From the NCBI GenBank assembly GCA_000934665.2, contig KZ538459.1, forward strand, positions 1 through 64,000: a stretch of DNA of 64,000 nt, given 5' to 3'. A model generated the notes under the pieces. That model saw nothing but the letters and a program-made list of their open reading frames with translations, was not told the origin of the DNA and searched no databases. The stretch is from Catajapyx aquilonaris (lineage: Eukaryota). Below, one piece after another: positions 23,377 to 36,000 of the stretch. The position numbers and the translations under genes are program-made. Every line of letters starts with the position of its first letter. The first letter of the stretch is position 1.

Positions 23377-26197
23377 GGTACAAGATCTGATGTCAGTTCG
23401 GTCATTTTGTGTGTTCACTCAGGTGGATGGTAGCTAATATCGGCGATTCCACCCCAAGCACCAGCAGCATCCGCGTCTCATATACTTGCTATTGACGAAA
23501 GCACAATAGCCTAGTATATAGCCTTCTGTAATCGTCAGCGTTGAGGAGCCTATTGAGGCGACACAAATATGCAGGAAAATATCCGTGGCGTTACGGTCTC
23601 AAACGTTTCTTCCGCTCCCATGACTTTTCTCGTCCACTTGGTACACAGGTTTTCTCGCCTCCCCTGCAATTTTCCAGAAAATGCAATGCATTCCATTCCA
23701 GATGCCAGATCAACTTATCAGTTTACAATGTACAACAAGTAAAGTGGTCTTGGACACACACGGTGCAATAGATGACAATGACGCCCCTTAGTAGTAAAAT
23801 AATGCCTGCCCTGGTTATGGTGGCGTCCCTTGCAGCTGTTGCGTTCGTGCCATTATTCAGGCTGTGGTGTCAGCTGCTGGCGGGACGATTAATAAATCCC
23901 GGTCATAAGAGGATACCGGCGAGCATGTAGGCTGAGACTTGGTAGCTAGTACAGTACAGCTATGCGGAAAAAAGAACGAGGGTGAAGCGGATCGTCTCAT
24001 TCGTCTGCTGCGCTGCTCTGCTGGACATCAACAGGCACCCACCGACACACTCTCGTGATTCAGTGCCTTGCTCAGTCACTATCAAGGCTCTTCTTCGTCT
24101 TTCATTCATTGGTCCCATCCACATCTCTCATTGCTCTGTAACCAGGAAGTTGGGACCAGGATTCTAAGCTGTCTGAAATACGCATAGATACGCTTTACGT
24201 GCACTCGGCACTCGGAGTCTCAGCATGGTTCGTCGGTCACGGATATGCCCCGACAACCAGCGTCTGAAGGGAAGTAGGAAACTCTCAGATGCGCCCCTTT
24301 AGTTGGGTCATTTTCAGTTTTATGACCATCCATATGTTCGGTCATCAATTTTAACGCCTGCCCTCCTGGTTCGGTACTGTACTGTAAGCTTTCATGTTTC
24401 ACGCTTCAGTAGTCTTCTATGCGACTATCTGTATAGCACATCTTCCAAAGCCGGTATATCAAAGCCGAACTGTGCAGTACTACGGTATTTAATGAGTGGA
24501 AGTTCAGGTACTGCTTTTTAGTTTTTAGTTTTCGAAGTGGGTTTATTGATTGTCGAGTTTTTTGTTTTTGCTTTTTGTGCTCAAAGAGTGCCACCAGGTA
24601 TCATACACTGATTTCTCATAGTGGTAGTACATCATTTGAGAATATCTGAGCAAAGCGTCATAAATGCAGCAATAAATTAATGAGTTATGTGTCGCGTGTC
24701 CACTGCAAGTGTCGGCATGTAAATAGCAGCACAATTAACCAAAATACTAAATGGAAATATGTAGTTATTTGCATGGTCGTATTTTTATCCGTATAATTCT
24801 TACGAAGGTGTCCATTATGGGAATATGCTGTGGCATTCGTAAGACGTTCAGAAGTGTACTTTTTTTTTAGGTCAACGGCATTGTTATCCTTTTTAAGCCG
24901 GAAAGACTGATTTAGCAAAAATCTCAGTTGAACCATGTCTTGTGCAGATTTATTTCCGTAGAGCTTATACGATCCACAATTCATTTTCATTTGATTTTAT
25001 CTGCATCTCCCACACAGTGACAGTACAATACCGTATTCTTCAAGGCGAGACACGAATGTACTGTACACTAATGTTTTACAAAACGCAAAAGCAATCCAAG
25101 GTTGCAAGTCATTGTCTGTGACCACAGCCCAAGCACTCTACTTCCGCTTCCCCCCACCCCTTCCACTCTGTCTCATGAAGTAAATGTTCCAACGAAGATG
25201 GAAAACAAGGGTGAATAGTAAACATTCTCATTCTGGTTATATTATGTATGCACCATTGATACCTCACCCAGCACGCGATTCGCTCCACTTGACTCCCATT
25301 CCACATGGCAAAATTTGCATAAGAACTAACGATATTAGCGTCACAATAGGAAACAGGTGGTAGGACAACTGTACTGTAACGGCTCGCTTTGTAGAGCAGC
25401 GTCCCATTTGAAGCAAATCAGAGGGACATGTACCGCAGGTATTCAGCTATCGTGTTTGTGAAACAGTGGGAAATGTGGAAATATGATTAAACAAAAAGTT
25501 ATCTTCATTGGAACAACCGAGGCGTTGACACGGTTGACTGACTCCAAACTGCGATAAGTAACTCCCTATTCACCTGTGAACAGTGATAACCCCCTGCTCT
25601 ATCACACTATCAGGTGCTGATATGATCTGCGCCCGAGGCTGCCCAGGCGCCATAATAACCTGCCGTTGTTCACTCATCTGCCTCGAAATTGCCCTTTCTT
25701 TTGGCTCCTAACCATCAGGCGCCATAGAACACGATGAATTCACCTGCCCCCAGCGTGTTGCCAAGCCATCGCACCCCATCCCCTGATCAACCCCATGCAG
25801 CACATCAGCCTTCCAATCCATGCACCGGATTCACACTTCAGAGCCCTCCACTTCCGCAACCCGACTATTATTTTCAGAATAAGGAGCCCAGCCCTCCACC
25901 CAAAAGCCCGTCCATTCCGGCACACTGTAGCCTAGATTAGCTGTGCAGTAGCGGCGGATACACTCGTGTGCACACAGGAAACGAGTGGCCAGCTGCACTG
26001 AAGGACACTGCCAGAGCTTACCCGTCAACTGTGGGATACTCAGTGTGGTGCGGCCGAGGTGTGCAGTCCGATTGTGCTTCACTGTCAAAGGACGTTTGAT
26101 TCACCTGCGAAGATAAGGCAAGGATGATAGTGTTTGTTGACTAGTGGCGGAGATATGTTGGATGATGGGTCCTCCCGCGTGACTTGATTTGTCCCGT

Positions 26198-29100
26198 ATG
26201 AAAGAAGTTCCGGATACGGTTGGCGCCAACTTGGCGCCGGATCAGGATGAGGAAAAGGAGACGACAGAGGAAGAAGATGGCATATGCAGCAACGGAAATG
26301 TGTGCGAGACTTTCAAGAGCAGCTTTGCTAGAGAGGTGGAAGCGCAGGAGCTGTTGCTGAAGAATGGAGCGGTTGATCAGCATGAGAATAATAAGCAGGA
26401 TGGAGAGATATCGAGTAATTCCCAACAGATTGTGCCTACTGTCACCAGAAGTCAGAGCTTGATGGTGCGATGGAACAACGGAAATAATCGACAACAGCGG
26501 TGGGGACAGGATGGGCGAGAGGATGAGGAAGAGAAGCGCATTCGGGAAATTCTTTGGCTCAGAAAGGTAGGCTGTGGACTGCAATATTGGTCCAGACAAG
26601 ATATTATTGTTTTAAATAATTATGGGAGGTGTATAGTAAAGAGAATCCTGACGTAATGCTGTTAACGATAATTCAGGAAAAGCGTCGGTTGGAGGAGGAG
26701 AACAAGTCTATGAGGGCGCAACTTGCGGCTTTTCGGCGTCAGCACCACCAAAGTAAACAACATAATGGCGTCATAATCAATGGCCATCAAGGAGAACATC
26801 CTCCGAGCGTGAGCTGGTGCCTCAGGAAGGTAAATAATAGCATACTATATTAGTTCCCCAACATTACTAGACCTATTTTTAAAATACCAATTTTTAAAAG
26901 TTCGGACTGACGTCATCATTGTGATCATAAGCATATAACCAATGATAGAAAATATGATGTCAGTCCAAACTTTGTAAAAAGCAGATTATACGATACTGTA
27001 ACCTGTAGTTAACCTGTCAGCACCAGAGCTCTCTAAAGCCTATTTGCACCAAGCGGATCCAATATTTAACGTACTACCCAATTTGTAAACAGCCATTGAT
27101 GAGGTTAGTTGTTTTTTTTGACTGTAAAGCTAGTTTGTGGCATGTTGTCCGGCGGTACCAAAAGAGCCTTTTACAAAACTGCTGCAAAATTAATATCACG
27201 ACTTCCGAGTTAATTTACAGTGTGCTTCCTAGATTGATGTTTGAGCTAAAACACCTCCAGGGGGTGAAAATTTTACATACTGTAATACCGAGTGAGGCAG
27301 AGGCACTTTAATATTATAGTCAGTATGTGGCCGTGCGGGTAGCAGACTATAATCAAGTCCAAAAGTGTCTAGCCAATAGGAGTCTCAAAAAAGAGATTCA
27401 AAAAGGAATAACTTAATATGAATAGTAGATGGCGTTGAAGTTACTGAAATGTTAGGAGCAGTTTTAGTGTGCGTTAACAACTTGTCATATAATTTCATTC
27501 TGAATCCAGATTGTAGAATTGCAAAAATGTGACCATTTTTCCTGATACACTGACAGTTAGATAACTTTATATGTAACACTAATAGGTCTATTGTTACATT
27601 AATAGAAGTAGGAAGCTGGCTCTATATTAACCCCAGCTTAGCTAACAGCCTATCTCTATTTCTGCTTGAAATGGTATTTTAACGGTGAATGATGTGCCTA
27701 ACTGTTTCAGAAAGTTTAGTGTCGTAAAAAAATTAGTCATTCCCACCAAGAACGGGGATTATACTAGTAGTAGGCCTATATGAATGAGTTTTAAAAGCTG
27801 CGAAAAGCCAACTGCAGTAACATAATTCGTCGTTAATGCACCATGTATTCCCGTGTATAACGCCATCATTTTAAACAGTAGAATAACTTTTGAAGTTCCA
27901 GTTCGCCAACTTTTTCATCCAGCAGGCCTTAAATGAGTTACTGCGCTCACTGAAAATCCTACTTGCCCCCAATTAAGCCTATATATACTCTTTAGCTATG
28001 CGCAGGCACTGTGCAGGACATACTCGACTTTAAACCACCCAGATGGTGATATACGAGATTTTAGACTTTAGTCATGGGTCCCAGTAGAGCCCCACGTTAA
28101 TACTCTACATGTACAAGATACGGCACTGCACATTTCAAGTTCTAAAACGGTCATATCGCGCTAACTCCCGCGAACTATTGTATCATATTATTTTGCTTCG
28201 TGCTCGCCTATGTGCTAAAATCAATAGTAGGGTACTGAATTTTAAAAAAATAAGTCAAGGCCAGAACTAAAGATTGTGAAAGTCTCTCTGTACAGTACTA
28301 TACCGGCACACTTGGTTAGCAACTAACTGTGATATTATAAAAATTAAATAGACCATTCTGACCTAATCAACTGGAGCGACTCTGTAGTTTATTCTGGTTT
28401 AAATTGTGTTTCTTTTGCGTGATTTACAGGCCCCACGATCTTTTGTGTGAACTGTCAATGCCTCGGTAGTCGGTACGTAGTGATAAATACCCATCGGTTG
28501 CATTGCATTGGTTTTGAAATATTGCCCGGAAGCAGGAGGAGCCCTTTGATTAAATGGGATTGGTATTGGCAGCATGCCTGCACCGCGCTGCGATGTGGTC
28601 TGAATTCACAAAGCAGGCCTGCATCACAACATTCCAGTCTCGTCAAGTGGCTGATCCGGGTTGATCGGTGTCAGACTGGCCAATCGAGGTCCTGGACATA
28701 GTGCACTCTGATTGTACTTTTATGGCATAACCCCCATTAAGTAAGTCATCTGATAACCAATATTCTTTTCTATGTACTGGAGCAGGTTGGTATAGTGGTT
28801 AGGAGTCCGACTGCTAATCGGGAGGTCATGGGTTCGATCCTGACCGTGGTTTTCTGTGGTTTTCCGTGGTTCCCCCCCCCCCCCCCCCCCCCCNNNNNNC
28901 CCCCCCCAATACAATAGGCCACATCCGCTTCGTTCCTTCCCTATATCCTCGCCCCCATCAATGTGTGAGGAAGATTTTCAGAAAGATTGAGAGGTAAAAT
29001 GGTGGTATTCCACCCCTCCCCCCCTAATGGAGCGCCGATTCTCCCAATGGGGCAATATAAATATATAAAATAAATAAATGTAAATAAAATAAAATATTCT

Positions 29101-29542
29101 TTCTATGTAGGTGGAGTCAAGTCGTCGACTGTATGAATCTGCCCTGCAGCAAGTGACGGCCTTCTTAGCGCAAGTCCAAGTGTCACTGGCCACAGGAGTG
29201 TCCCACTCACCCCAGTCGTCATCACCGTCTCCATCAACTACCCCCACGCCGTCATCCTACTCCACATCGTCCCCAAACATGGCTGGAAACACCAAGTCTT
29301 CTCTGGTGGTAGCTGCATCTCCCAACAACGGCAACGTCCTGGCAAGTCAAGCTGGACAACTTGCTCTGTCATTACGACGCCTGATGTTGCGACAACGATC
29401 TCCAACTCCGTCTTCGCCATCACCATCACCGACGCCGTCATCAGCACCATCAACCACCCCCGGCACTGTTCCACACATACCATCTAGATCGCACTCGTTT
29501 GCCTCAAACTCCAAGAAGGACCAGACTATTCACTGGGTTTGA
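26198..29542 (+). CDS. Uncharacterised protein, ~317 aa: acidic N-terminus, coiled coil, Ser/Pro/Thr-rich C-terminus
   Basis: Exons 26198-26566, 26677-26829 and 29111-29542 join through phase-0 GT-AG introns; EKRRLEEENKSMRAQL and VESSRRLYESALQQVTAFLAQVQ look helical; AATAAA at 29673. Family not recognised and true start uncertain. Confidence 0.7.
28777..29092 (+). mobile_element. SINE of the same family as 21481-21704
   Basis: GCAGGTTGGTATAGTGG...CTGCTAATCGGGAGGTC...GGTTCGATCC head; A-rich tail; TSD AATATTCTTT(T)CTATGTA at 28759 and ~29093. Confidence 0.85.
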
Positions 29543-30070
29543 GTGCATCATTTTCCTTTCACGCATCAACGTCGGAGTTTACGACCCATCCTTGGCTTAT
29601 CCTGTCGCCTGGCGCCATTTTTCTGTTGCTCCTTCTTCTTTATTTACGACTCGATGTCAGCTGGAGTCAAGTAATAAATGGCGAATAATGCAACAGGCTT
29701 GTTGTGAAATCTTCTGATCAAAGTGAAAGATCACGGGGGATAGAGGTTAGTTGAAGCGGCGTCGCGATCGTCGGAGAGAGAGGCAGGAGGGGCGGGGGGA
29801 ATAAGTGGGGGAGGGAGTAGAGGGAGGGGTAGGCTGTGGGCGAGCCCATCAACCCGCATCCCCATCCATCCCTCCTCCACCCTCCATCCCTTCCACACCC
29901 TCGGTCGCCGGCGTCCCGGGCGTCCCGGGCGACCAGAGTCGTCCACAATCCGCTGCAGCCTCCTTACCAATGAACGTGTGGGTGTGATGTGTGCTGCCAC
30001 GGGCCGGCCCCGGGGCACTGTCACAAAATAGGGTCCGGCAGTGTGAAGCTACCTCGTGCTAATCCATCAC

Positions 30071-33000
30071 ATGGCTCTCATGCACTCATGCTGTTGCTGG
30101 CGATCCTTGCGCAAGGGCAGCTTCGCCAGCGCTATCTACACGCTCGTAAGTCACTTAGCTATAACATTACTCAACAATTCTATTGTAGACATGTGTCTAT
30201 CGGGAATCGTAAAGAGGGGTAGTCAATGTCGGTGGGATGAGTTTGGATAGCTTATGGCTTTTCTTTCTTTTATTTTCTCTTTTTTTGTGGATCTTGTTGG
30301 AGACAGTGGTCTGACCTGACTATCGTTAGCTACTGAACCATATCCTACTGGATCCTTCCGACGCTCTTGATCGATCCGAATCCCATCCACCCCGACGTTA
30401 TAGTACGTTCCGAGACTCCCATCCACCCACACAATAATCCCCCTCCCCCCTCCTATCCACTACCATCACCTCCACCACTATGGCCTCCTTACACCTCTTA
30501 CATTAATTCTTCCACCGCCATGTCAATCCCACCAGCAGAGACGACGAAGACCTGCTGCTGTAGACACGAAGAGCGGAGTCGTGTAACACAATAAAGCTGG
30601 GTCCATTACTGTTTCCTGCTTTGTATTACTGCACGGGCGTCGTGTCTACCAGACCCAATTTTGTGGGATTTATTTCTCAAGTAAACAAAGACCGAGAGTT
30701 AAAGAATGGCAGTGATTACTTGGAGGTTGTCCGACATAAGCCTCGGGAAAGGTAAAGAAGTAGGAGGTAGGAAAAGGTGGTGAAACTTGCCGAGTGCGGA
30801 AACTCTTTGTGGGAAATGTGATATCTTGTTGCGTTTTGAGGTATAGATCGAAGCGGAGGTTTGTGCAAACATGCAACTTTGTTCTACTAAAGCGTTTACT
30901 GAAATGGGTGCAATGGCTCGGACTTTTCGAGCCATTTCTTTAACAAGGCCTGCAATCTTATCGATGCTTGGGACAAATGCATAATTAATTGATGCATTAA
31001 TAATAAGTTGACATCACTCTATAGTAAGACGCTATGTGCATTCATATATATTTACAAGGGTGTCTAAATATTTCAGATTATCCTTGCCTATAGCTGTACT
31101 ATGTTTGACTCGCATTAGCCGATATGAGATAATATGTAAAGAGTAAGCAAAAATCCAGCGGTTTAGTGGCAAATGACTGCGATTAGAGAAATCGAAATTT
31201 GTGTTTTTAAATCAGGACGCATTTGTGATTTGAATATTGTACCAGATGTGAAATAAAAGAGCAGGTGCAGCATGTAATATTTCATCCATTTGAGTACTAT
31301 TGTTACGAATATACTACCGTTATTGATTCGGATGACAGATTCGACAACAGATATATGGCCTATAAAGAAAAGTTGCGGATTGTGTCCTAATGACAAATTA
31401 CCGTCAGATATGTCACAATGTCTCAACAGAATAAAAAAGGCCATAAAGGGATCGTTGCTCTTTTACTTCAATTTCTGCGCAATATTCGTAAGTGAATTCT
31501 AGATGATACTGGAACCGTGCCTATCCTGAAAGCCGGATCCAAGTACTTGTTGCTGAAATATGGCCATAAAATACGTAATGCGTTGAAGGGAAAGGCTTCA
31601 AACTCTCAAATAGACTGCCATATGCCATACATCTTTATTAAACTGCACTTGCAAGTCTACCAGCTCGGTATATATAGTTTTTCAGGATGATTTAGAAGAG
31701 ACTATCGATTTACAAAAGTTAATTAGGCTACGTATAGCAATCTGAACTCCCTCATTTATAAAGTCAGTATTTTTTTCTCACCTCCCCAATTCCCTCGGAA
31801 TACCAGCGGCAGCCAGCTTATTACCAGCAAACACTCCATTTGAATAACCTCATCATCCTTCCATTCCCCTATTCCCAGCCCAGAATTTTTTAACAGGGTT
31901 GAGCATATACAGCCATAAATGTCAAGCATTTGGTACCTGTAAGGACGTAAAGAAGAGCTGAAGATATGTTAATTGACGTTCGATCGATTGCATAATGCAT
32001 TGGTCAGTTCGTTCACCCTGCCCTCCTTTGTTTTTTTTCCCCCTCCCTTTTCTCCCTTGTTTTCAGGTGTATTTTTCAGCCAGCCTGGTGATAGTGGGCG
32101 TGTTCATGCAGGAAGAGAGCCGGTTGGCAACAGTGGCAGCGACTGCAACAGGCAGCAAAGCTCGCAACTATCATACTTCTTACTTACAACCACACGCACA
32201 TCCTAACCGTGAGTTGTCGCAGTTACGGCGCATCCGCTCCGTTACCGTTGCGTGTGTTCTTTTGACAGTCCTGTTGGCCATCAACATTGCTGTGTTGATC
32301 TGCTCTGCCTCGGGGCTCTTGTCCTCTCTTCTGCTGCTTTATGGATTGAGGAAAGAACGACGACAGCTGCTCATTCCGTGGGTGTTGAGCGTCGGAGCCG
32401 CCTCTGCTGTCGACCTAGCATATGCTTTGTACCTCATGGCTGCATCGTCCGCAAGTGTCTTTTTTACTGCCAGTTATTCCACGCACAGGTGTAGAGATGG
32501 GTATCGCTATGTATAGGCATACTACTATCACCCAAACAAGGATTGTCGCATCCTGGCTATATCCTGGCTGTTGCCCCCGTCCCTGTGCAATGGGTTGCAT
32601 CCAAGCCAGGATAACCCGCGACAATCCTTGTGGGCCATATAGTATACTGACGCGTGGAAAANNNNNNNNNNNNNNNNNNNNNNNNNNGGGGGGGGAATTC
32701 GGATATGGCTTTATACTTATCGACAGAGTCGATCGGGCTTACATTGCTACAGAAGAGCTGCTGGCTTACATCACTGTCGGAGAGATGAAAAGACGCATCA
32801 GGGGAGTACTCTAACAGATGAGGGATCTAAATGGCGTATAGCATCGATTTTTGCTCCCTATATTCCGCATTAAAAACGTGCCTTTCCCCTAGTGCTAGTG
32901 CTTTCGCCTCTGAAAATTGAAAATCCGACAGTGTCTCGTAAATCAGTAACGGTTGGAGTCGTCACAGATGAACTTTGCAGCTCTGCAATAATTTATAATA

Positions 33001-36000
33001 CGGACCGGATATTAAAAAATTTGAGATTAAAATTTGGCTCGGTGCTGCTGAACAGTTAAACCTATCAGTGTCGTATAATAGCAATTTACGTACCGGTTCA
33101 TCTGGCTATAACTTACCATAAACAGTGCGAAACAGTATTTAATTAAAAACAATTATTTTGAGAAATAAGAACTAAGGCCTGGAGCAGTGGTTCCCAACCT
33201 TTTTCGGGTCATGACCCCCTTTTATGATAGTCAAGTAACCTGCGAGCCCCCCCCCCCCCCCNCCCCCAGTGTTAGTAGGTGTTGAAGAAAAAACCCTTCG
33301 CGATGAAATTTCCTATAATTTTTTAAAATTAAAAAAAAAAGAATTCGTAATTTTTCGCTTTATAAAAATTACCGCGGCCACGCGCGACCCTCGGAAAATG
33401 CTTCGTGACCCCCAGGTTGGGAACGACTGGCCTGCAGCGATAACAAGTTGAATATTGTTTCAATTCATTTTTGGAAGCATTTGCCTGTTATAGTCTTCCA
33501 ATTTGTGCAGCATTGGACAGCGTTGATGCGGAAATTGGAACACTCATTATTTTGAAATCCCAAAGTGTCGGCATCGCACTTAAATGATGGGAATAAGAAC
33601 AGTCTTCCTTATTATAGTAGTATCAGTGCAGTTTTTTGGTGCAGACCTGCTATATACAGGGTGTGTAAAATATTTCTGACCACCCGTTAATGTAAACAAA
33701 TGGCTTTGGGAACTTCGACTTTCCACATGAAGTACTGTGAAGGCATTTGCTGACCATTTGATGATAGTCTTCTTTCTGCCTGAATAATCATCCGAAAAAC
33801 AGCCGCATTTTCCTCAAAACGCATCCCAATACCAACTATATCCATGCCATATATCATTCCTTTTTGTCCTGATCTTTCCCATCATCATTTTTGGCCCATT
33901 TCTTTACAGTGTTTTGGCTGATTCTTAAACGGACACTGCCCTCAATTTAGTGGGCTCTAAAAATCGGGCAAAAAATTCGATTCCGAGGATGCAATCCTCT
34001 TTATTGAGAACTGAAAGGTAATCCCAAAGCGAGAGGTCAAAATCGGAAAAAAATGCATCGTCTGCTAACTCAAAGCACCACCAAACGGAGAGGAGATAAA
34101 GGGATAATATGGATTCAGTGCGCTTCATATAGCAATCTCTGCTACAAGAGTAGATAGAAAACCGCCTTCACACATCGTTCTCTTCCTTGTCACTGGTATC
34201 ACGACGTTCAGAAAGTATCTGAACTGACACTTTCATGTCATGCCATGTGACCATCATCGACATGTCCGTCTCGAACTGGTTAGCATTGCAATGGCGACTG
34301 TTGGTAATGTAGATTGTAAATAGACATGTCTAATTGCGGACTGGCTTTTATATGAAAATCAAAGGACTATAAGCAAAAAAAATCACGATTTCTCCTCTCT
34401 CAAAACTACTCTGGCGTCCTATAACAGGGCACGATCTAATGGCTATTAAGCGCCGGGCATGCAGTGTTCCGGCTTCCGCAGCCATACGTGGACTACCAAG
34501 TGCTTTGATCCTTTCATTCGCGTATAGATTACTTATTTATCGTTTATGGCCGTTATTTTTCTTAACCTGCACTTTTGTGAAAGGGCCCCTGGTCGTGCTG
34601 TCAGGCAGTAGGCCTACTCATTTGGTTGATCAGGAAATAGGCGGAAGTGATTTTATGTTGGCGAAAAAATTGTCATCTTGAAAAGTCTAAATGCATACTC
34701 CGGGCAATACATTGCTGCTAATAATGATTATATAAATAATGACATTGTCGCTTTAAACCAACTTCGGGGGTAGTCATAAACTTTTCCCACGCTCTGTATA
34801 TTTACCACTCTACACGCTCACTTTCATAGAGTACCACTTCTGATCCTGTATGTAGACCTATAATATGGTCGTTATAATATCTCCCTGCACTGTAGCCCAT
34901 GCAGCCTCTTCATCCAGAAAATGCATATACTGTATCGTGAAATGCCGAATGCTCCCTCCCTCCCCCTCTTGTGGAACTCCATCGGAGCATCTCTGAAAGT
35001 ATGAATGGACCGCATAACCTACATTTTTGCCTCATGATGATGCTCACTTTGAAACTAATTTTCGTGGTACATTCGGGTGATTCTCCGAAAACTTACCAAT
35101 ACTATAGTAGACTCCCTCCTAACGTGGCAGGGTGGGGGTTTCTGGCAACGCCCCCTCTTGCCCCCCCACCTCTCCCCTCCGCTGCCTACCTCCTCTACCC
35201 CAAGCTCTACCCCATAGCCCCAACCTCGTTGCCCTACCTCTCGCTGCCTTCTACGCGCTTCTACGTCACATCCCTCCGCCACGCTGACCTCTTAAGGACT
35301 ACTGTGATGACAATTAAAATTGGAAATGTTGATGACGTGAATTGTTGCGACACACATCTTAAAGCAAACCTTTAATTACAATTTGTACACATGGTTTCAA
35401 GCAGCCGGCCTAGCTTCCGGCGAAGCATCCGGCGACTGATCCTGCGGATGTTCCGGTGAATGTCATTCAGCCCCACTCCACCTCAGCTCCACCTCGACTC
35501 CTCCGTTACCCCCCCATCCCAATCCAGGCACGCCATTGGCTGGGAGTGTTGGGTGGGGGGACTGCCAAGTTAACCCGCCGGGGACTATATGTCCCGGCAT
35601 AATAACTCAAAAATGGCTTGACTGAGAGAGTTGATTTTTTAAACATCTGTATAGATGTAGTTGACACATAGCCATCCCCATGCAAACAAAGACAAATATT
35701 AAATTATTTTTTACTGCAAAAAATGTCTCAGGACCTAAAATCACTCTTCATGGCATCTTATTTTAAATCATGCTATATTTTCTTACAATTTTATCATTAA
35801 CATTAGACAAGTTCCAATACTATTATTAAATTTTACATACTTGAAGGTATAAAATAAAGTTTAAAAAACTATTTAATCGTTTGGCATGACCTTGAACTGC
35901 ATCACTCCAATGTGTGTCCCGAGTTTTTATGTTACTCTCTTGCAAGATCAGGATATATGGTATATTTTTAAAATTTGCAGTGAAACAAAGGGATTTTGGT

